Origin: Parcubacteria group bacterium Gr01-1014_17
GTDB taxonomy: Bacteria > Patescibacteriota > Minisyncoccia > Phycocordibacterales > UBA10002
Direction of reading: 5' to 3'
NCBI GenBank assembly: GCA_007376285.1
Contig: VMFZ01000002.1
Span: 1 to 52,042, forward strand
DNA length: 52,042 bases
How positions within the stretch are numbered: position 1 is the first letter of the stretch; each line of letters opens with the position of its first letter. This document shows, piece by piece, positions 46,957-52,042 of this stretch. A program made the position numbers and the translations under genes. Below the pieces are notes generated by a model, which worked only from the letters and a program-made list of their open reading frames with translations, ran no database searches and was not told the DNA's origin.

Positions 46957-47592
46957 TTATATAATATATTTTTTCAGTTCTGCGGCAAGCGCTTTGGTTA
47001 CTGTGTCAAATTGTGGGTTTGCATCAATTGTAGAGTGCGGGACTTGTTTAAAAAAATCCAGAAGCCCGCGGCGCATTCGTGTGTGAAATTGCACATCGCG
47101 TTCGTCAAAATGGTTGAGTTTTTCTCCTGTTTGTTGTTGTTTGCGCGACAAACCAACGCGCGGCTTCACATCAAGGAAAAAATAACGGGCTGGCACATAC
47201 TTTCCTAAATAAAACCGACGCATCTCCCAGAAAAAGCCCTTGAGTTCGGATGCCTTTTGCGCAAAAATCTGGTACGCATAAGTAGACGAATCAAACCGGT
47301 CTACAAGAACATTTTGCCCTCGCGCGAGAGCCGGAATAATAGTATTTTTCAAATGGTCTGCCCGCGCCGCCCAAAACAAAGCGAAGTGTGTCTTGGCGTC
47401 CGCCTGTCCTGCATTTTTTGAATTAAGAATAATGGAACGAATCTCTTCGGCGTACGGAGAACCGCCCGGCTCGCGTGTAATTAAAACGCGCACACCAAAA
47501 TACTCTTGAATCTTGCGTATTTGAGTGCTTTTCCCTGAACCCTCGCCGCCTTCTAGAACAAAAAATTTGCCTTTTTTATTTTTCATAATCAC
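46957..47592 (-). CDS. tmk: Thymidylate kinase
   Basis: EGGEGSGKSTQ, TREPGG, DRFDSSTYAYQ. Confidence 0.95.
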   Translation of the reverse strand: MIMKNKKGKFFVLEGGEGSGKSTQIRKIQEYFGVRVLITREPGGSPYAEEIRSIILNSKNAGQADAKTHFALFWAARADHLKNTIIPALARGQNVLVDRFDSSTYAYQIFAQKASELKGFFWEMRRFYLGKYVPARYFFLDVKPRVGLSRKQQQTGEKLNHFDERDVQFHTRMRRGLLDFFKQVPHSTIDANPQFDTVTKALAAELKKYII

Positions 47593-48044
47593 CTTTTTGT
47601 ATTAAAGAGCTTTTCACTTCCTTCAAGAAGATACACATTTTTTATGCCGGCGGCAAGCATCGCGTCCCAGCACGGCTTACAACACCACCAGTGGCCGTAT
47701 AAATATAAATCTGCGCCACGAGTATCTTCGCCATGCGAAATGGCATCTTCAAGCGCTTTCGGTTCGCTGTGATTTTTCGGATTGCATCCTTCGCAAAGGT
47801 CATAGCGCTCTCCTGTTGGAATGCGCTGGCGCACCCGCTCACAGCCGTGCTCTTGGTGATACCTATTGCCGTTTGCGCCCTGTCCTATAATGCGTCCATT
47901 CTTTACCACGACACTGCCGGTTTTCTGAAAATCATCCAATGAATGCGCGAGTGCATACTCATGCGCAGCGCGCATAAATTGGTTGTCCGCAGAAACATAT
48001 TCAACAGTTCGCCCTTCCGGAAGATATGGGTATTGAATGGCCAT
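47589..48044 (-). CDS. dCMP-deaminase-like zinc deaminase (start probably MAIQYP)
   Basis: GSVVVKNGRIIGQGAN, CER..PTGERYDLC, HSE, CKPC, AGIKNVY. Confidence 0.85.
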   Translation of the reverse strand: MAIQYPYLPEGRTVEYVSADNQFMRAAHEYALAHSLDDFQKTGSVVVKNGRIIGQGANGNRYHQEHGCERVRQRIPTGERYDLCEGCNPKNHSEPKALEDAISHGEDTRGADLYLYGHWWCCKPCWDAMLAAGIKNVYLLEGSEKLFNTKR

Positions 48045-48072
48045 AAGAAACAGCATATAGTATAAAATCACT

Positions 48073-48909
48073 ATGACAAAATTTGATGGGATTTATCAGG
48101 ATATGATTCGGCGCATTATGCTCGGAGGCATTGCAGAAGTGAACCAGCGAACTCGCCACGAAACGCGCGCCATCCCAGGTATGCACTTTTCCGTAGATAT
48201 TGAAAAAGATGGCTTCCCACTCATAACACTTCGCAAAATACCGATTCAGATGTTTGTCGCGGAACAATTATGGTTTATTTCTGGCAGCCGCAAGCCCGAA
48301 GATTTCCTCCGCGAGTTCACCAAAATCTGGGACGACTTCACCAATCCCGGCGATGTCGTAACGGTTGCCTATGGCTACCGGTGGCGGAAGCATTTCGGGC
48401 GTGACCAGTTGGGACTGCTTGTTAAACTTCTTGAAAAAGACCACAGCTCGCGACATGGCGTTGTGGTGGCGTGGGACCCATCTGGCGACGGGCTCGGCGG
48501 CGTGGTAAAGAAAAATGTGCCATGCCCATATACATTTACAGTTAATATAATCGGTGATCGGCTTAATCTACATAATATTATTCGTTCGAACGATATCATA
48601 CTTGGAACGCCATCGGATGTTGCCGGTTTCGCTCTCCTCCAATGCATCCTTGCGCAACGATTGGGAGTAAAGCCCGGCATTTATAGCCATTCAATTTCCA
48701 ACGCGCACATTTACGACACGCACTATTTTGCCGCAGAAGAAATCTTGCGTAGGAGCAATGAACATAAAAGAATAATCCTAAACCTTCCGCTAAAAACATT
48801 TGGGCGCGCGGAAAAGAAAGACCGGAAATTAGTTAAAGAAATTGTTGAAAATCTACAAATCCAATACCACCCACTTGAACCAATCAAAGGAATTAAAATT
48901 GTGCTATAA
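48073..48909 (+). CDS. thyA: Thymidylate-synthase-family protein with a dCMP-type Asp at the specificity site
   Basis: FPLITLRK, YGYRWR, DQL, PC151, RSND, D182 (Asn177 equivalent), AHIY. Confidence 0.88.
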   Translation: MTKFDGIYQDMIRRIMLGGIAEVNQRTRHETRAIPGMHFSVDIEKDGFPLITLRKIPIQMFVAEQLWFISGSRKPEDFLREFTKIWDDFTNPGDVVTVAYGYRWRKHFGRDQLGLLVKLLEKDHSSRHGVVVAWDPSGDGLGGVVKKNVPCPYTFTVNIIGDRLNLHNIIRSNDIILGTPSDVAGFALLQCILAQRLGVKPGIYSHSISNAHIYDTHYFAAEEILRRSNEHKRIILNLPLKTFGRAEKKDRKLVKEIVENLQIQYHPLEPIKGIKIVL

Positions 48910-48917
48910 CATAATCT

Positions 48918-49550
48918 ATGGCGATACTGACCAAAAAAGGAATTCTTGAACGCGTTGCAAAAAAAGAAATCGGTTTCTCGCCGAATCTTGACACATTCCA
49001 GCTACAAGACCACGCGGTTGACTTGCGGCTCGGCTTCACCTTTCTCATTCCAAAAATTTGGCATCTTACAGAAAAAGGGCGCGAGTCGTTGGATATTCTC
49101 AATTTTGATAAAGTGAATGCGGAATATTTTGAGGTGGTAGAGCTTGAGCATGGGCAATATTTTGACCTCTTGCCGCACGAATATGTGCTCGTGGTTACAC
49201 TTGAATCAATAAAAGTGCCGAACGATTTGATGGCGGTTTTATACCCTCGCTCGTCTACCAACCGCAAAGGACTCTCGCTGGACCTCACCGGCATCATTGA
49301 TTCCGGCTATGAAGGTCAACTAACGCTTCCAATACGAAATAACACGGCATCGCAAATCGTGCGACTCTACCCTGGGGAACGGCTGTGCCAAGTCGTATTT
49401 GAAGAACTCACCGAGCCCGTGAGTCCGCAAAAGAGCAAGTACCATAAGCGCGACATTATAGAGGGCATCAAACGGGAAAAAGCGATTGAGTCGCGCCTTA
49501 TATTAAAGGGAGATATAAAAAAACTGAAAGCGGAACATGCGGTAAAATAA
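48918..49550 (+). CDS. dcd: dCTP deaminase/dUTPase-family protein lacking the catalytic Glu
   Basis: VDLRLG, RSSTNRKGL, IDSGYEG, LYPGERLCQ; P138 in place of Glu. Confidence 0.85.
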   Translation: MAILTKKGILERVAKKEIGFSPNLDTFQLQDHAVDLRLGFTFLIPKIWHLTEKGRESLDILNFDKVNAEYFEVVELEHGQYFDLLPHEYVLVVTLESIKVPNDLMAVLYPRSSTNRKGLSLDLTGIIDSGYEGQLTLPIRNNTASQIVRLYPGERLCQVVFEELTEPVSPQKSKYHKRDIIEGIKREKAIESRLILKGDIKKLKAEHAVK

Positions 49551-49554
49551 CTTC

Positions 49555-50100
49555 GTGCAAGCAAAAATCAGTATTATAGTTGCAGTCGGAAAAAACAACC
49601 GCGCTATCGGGAAAACGGGTGCGCTCCTTTGGCGCATTTCGGACGACCTAAGGCGTTTCAAAGAGCTCACGACCGGACATCCGATTATTATGGGCCGCAA
49701 GACCTTTGAATCCATCGGCAAGGCACTCCCGAACCGCACAAACATAGTTATAACGCGCAATCCCGATTTTAAACATGCCCGCCGAGGAGGCGTGGCGGAA
49801 GGAGTAATTGTCGCGTCATCGTTGGAGAATGCGATTGGTCTCGCAAGGTCGGACCTTGAATCGGGAAAAAGGTCCGACCTTAAAGACCCTGAAATCTTTA
49901 TTATTGGCGGGGGAGAAATTTACCAGCAAGCGCTTCCGCTTGCCGACAAACTTTATCTCACGCTCGTAGAAAGCGACGCCGAGGGCGACACTTTTTTCCC
50001 CGACTGGCGTAATGACTTTACGAAAGAGGTCTTCCGCGAAGAGCGCATCGACCCCAAAACCGGACTGAAATATGTGTGGGTTGATTTGGAACGCGCGTAA
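49555..50100 (+). CDS. folA: Dihydrofolate reductase
   Basis: LLWRISDDLRRFKELT, IMGRKTFESI, LPNRTNIVITR, IIGGGEIY, GDTFFP. Confidence 0.96.
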   Translation: MQAKISIIVAVGKNNRAIGKTGALLWRISDDLRRFKELTTGHPIIMGRKTFESIGKALPNRTNIVITRNPDFKHARRGGVAEGVIVASSLENAIGLARSDLESGKRSDLKDPEIFIIGGGEIYQQALPLADKLYLTLVESDAEGDTFFPDWRNDFTKEVFREERIDPKTGLKYVWVDLERA

Positions 50101-50102
50101 AC

Positions 50103-50525
50103 TTACTTCACCTCAATTCCCATTGAGCGAGCAGAGCCAGCAATAATCTTTTCCGCCGCCTCAATAGTTGTAGCGTTCAAGTCCTGCATTTTCTTTTCCG
50201 CAATTTCGCGCAGTTTAGCTTTGGTAATCGCGCCCGCTTTTTCAACAGGCGGCTTGCCCGCCCCTTTCTCTTTGCCGATTGCCTTCAAAAGCATGCTGGA
50301 AACGGTCGGTGCTTTTATTTTCAAATCAAACGACTTGTCATCAAAGATATACACCTCTACAGGAAGCGTCTCGCCTTTCATCTTTTGCGTTGCCGCATTG
50401 AAGCGGGTAACAAACTCGCCGATATTCACCTTCGCCTGCCCCAAGGCAGGACCTAAGGGCGGCGCGGGCGTTGCCGCGCCGCCCGCAACTGTTACTTTTA
50501 ATTTTCGGATAAGTTTTTTTGCCAT
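50103..50525 (-). CDS. rplK: 50S ribosomal protein L11
   Basis: ATPAPPLGPALGQ, IAGSARSMGI. Confidence 0.98.
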   Translation of the reverse strand: MAKKLIRKLKVTVAGGAATPAPPLGPALGQAKVNIGEFVTRFNAATQKMKGETLPVEVYIFDDKSFDLKIKAPTVSSMLLKAIGKEKGAGKPPVEKAGAITKAKLREIAEKKMQDLNATTIEAAEKIIAGSARSMGIEVK

Positions 50526-50534
50526 GTAATTTTA

Positions 50535-51077
50535 TTAAATCTTCTTAACCTGAAGGAAGTCCAATTCCACCGGCGTTTCGCGCCCGAACATAGATACGAG
50601 AACTTTCACCTTGCCGCGGCTCCTATCCACTTCAGCGACCTTGCCTTCCAATTCCTTAAACGGCCCGTCTGTAATCACCACCGCATCGTCCGGCACGAGG
50701 TCTATATTGTGCTCAACCTTCTCTGCACTCATTCGTGCAAAAAGCCCATCCACTTCTTTTTTATCAAGCGGCACGGGGAAAACGCCCGACCCCACAAAGC
50801 CCGTTACGCGCGGAGTGTTCCGCACCACATACCACGAATCGTCGGTGACGGTCATATCAACGAGCACATACCCGGGGTAAATCTTTTCCTCCTCCTCCAC
50901 GCGCTTGCCTCCTTTTATTTTTATCTTCTTCTCCACGGGCACCACCACATTGAAAATCTTGCCCTCCATACCCAAGGACTCAATGCGCTGTTTCAGATTG
51001 CGCGCCACCGCATTCTCATACCCGGCGTATGTATGAATCGCGTACCAGTTTCGTTCCGCTGTTTGTTGTTTTGACAT
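50535..51077 (-). CDS. nusG: Transcription factor NusG
   Basis: WYAIHTYAGYE, PGYVLV, VRNTPRVTGF, MFGRETPVELDF. Confidence 0.98.
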   Translation of the reverse strand: MSKQQTAERNWYAIHTYAGYENAVARNLKQRIESLGMEGKIFNVVVPVEKKIKIKGGKRVEEEEKIYPGYVLVDMTVTDDSWYVVRNTPRVTGFVGSGVFPVPLDKKEVDGLFARMSAEKVEHNIDLVPDDAVVITDGPFKELEGKVAEVDRSRGKVKVLVSMFGRETPVELDFLQVKKI

Positions 51078-51078
51078 A

Positions 51079-51258
51079 TTAAATAACTAAACGGAGTATC
51101 CGCGAAAACACATAATCAAACACGCCAAGATAGGCGGCGGTAATAAGCGAAACCGCGACCACGAGTACAGTAAAAACCGCGGCCTGCTTTCGTGTCGGCC
51201 AGTTCACATGGCGCAATTCTGCGCGCGTTTCTTTGAGATAATCGGTAATCCGAGCCAT
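51079..51258 (-). CDS. secE: Preprotein translocase SecE (59 aa; absent from the ORF track)
   Basis: MARITDYLKETRAELRHVNWPTRKQ plus one TM helix; directly upstream of nusG. Confidence 0.93.
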   Translation of the reverse strand: MARITDYLKETRAELRHVNWPTRKQAAVFTVLVVAVSLITAAYLGVFDYVFSRILRLVI

Positions 51259-51328
51259 AGTTTTTTATTAAAAAACCCCTCGCGGGGCAACACCTCCATA
51301 ATACGCCAAACAAAATTGCTGTCAAATT

Positions 51329-52042
51329 CTATTTGATCTCGTAGGTAATACTCACTTGCGAGACGAGCTTGTCTTCGCCGACTGGAATCTCGGGCGTCAC
51401 GCGGCTATCGCCGCCCATGCCGTACGCCGTTGACTCCGCTTTACCGTAATAAATTGGATATCCGCCACCTTCGTTGTAAGAAACAATGCGCACGAGCCGC
51501 ACGCCGAGTGCTTTAGCCAATTTTTCCGCCTCTGAACGCGCGTCTGCAATCGCCTTGTCGCGCGCTTCGCGCACCAATTCATCGCGCTTATCAAAATCAA
51601 AAGAGAGGCCGGAAACATTCGTTGCGCCAAGTTCTCCGATGCCGGACAGGAGCTTGCCCGCATCCGCAAGCGCGCGAACTTTTACGGTGATACTTTGTGT
51701 GACCACATACGCTACCAACTCACGCTTCCCTTCTGTGGACGGAAAATACTCTTCTCCGCGCGTTCCTTTTACATACTCATAGCGAGGGTAAATATTGTAA
51801 CCAGATGTCTTGATATCTTTTTCGGACACATTGTTTTTCTTTAGAAACGCAATGATGTCGTTGGTACGCTTCGCCACCTCGCTTTGCGCATCCGCAACAA
51901 AGAGCGACTCTTTTTCAACTGAGAAACTAAATGTCGCAATATCAGGCACTGCAACGACCTCTCCTTTTCCGGAGACGGAAATAATGCTCTGCGCTTGCGG
52001 ATTTGTGCCGATATAGCGAAGCGAACCAAACTCGGCAAACAC
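51329..52042 (-). CDS. SIMPL (DUF541) protein, 5' end outside the window
   Basis: ISVSGKGEV..VPDIA, AIADARSEAEKLAKALGV, VSITYEI. Confidence 0.9.
   Translation of the reverse strand: MFAEFGSLRYIGTNPQAQSIISVSGKGEVVAVPDIATFSFSVEKESLFVADAQSEVAKRTNDIIAFLKKNNVSEKDIKTSGYNIYPRYEYVKGTRGEEYFPSTEGKRELVAYVVTQSITVKVRALADAGKLLSGIGELGATNVSGLSFDFDKRDELVREARDKAIADARSEAEKLAKALGVRLVRIVSYNEGGGYPIYYGKAESTAYGMGGDSRVTPEIPVGEDKLVSQVSITYEIK

Noticed and set aside
45760-50100. Phage-type DNA hypermodification island
   Set aside because: Flanked by core genes, with no phage polymerase, glycosyltransferase or mobility genes; kept only as an alternative reading.

Overview
Chromosomal segment of a CPR/Patescibacteria bacterium, most likely Parcubacteria (inferred from gene content and compact, largely SD-less gene starts; standard code). 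Left to right: an accessory patch (PAS-HisKA gene cut by an IS3-like end, NYN nuclease, Bro-N); rplL-rplJ; a ~15 kb cell-surface cluster (cohesin, frameshifted dockerin gene, Ig-like and PG-binding proteins, two O-antigen-ligase/TPR paralogs, a 1218-aa S-layer-like protein); a wHTH gene covered by a 10-mer repeat array; ftsK, recA, a repeat-flanked PaaX/Cas2-like gene, efp, rpsF-ssb-rpsR, four aminoacyl-tRNA synthetases, two type II TA pairs, two probable remote DGR target genes, a thymidylate cluster and secE-nusG-rplK. The best candidate for a new system is the glyA-tmk-deaminase / thyA-like-dcd-like-folA cluster. Its ThyA has Asp at the Asn177-equivalent site (a dCMP-specific signature) and its Dcd lacks the catalytic Glu, suggesting a uracil-free route dCTP > dCMP > 5-methyl-dCMP > dTMP (inference). 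Several families of short palindromic or tandem repeats sit in frame inside housekeeping genes. All calls come from motif reading by eye; no searches were run.
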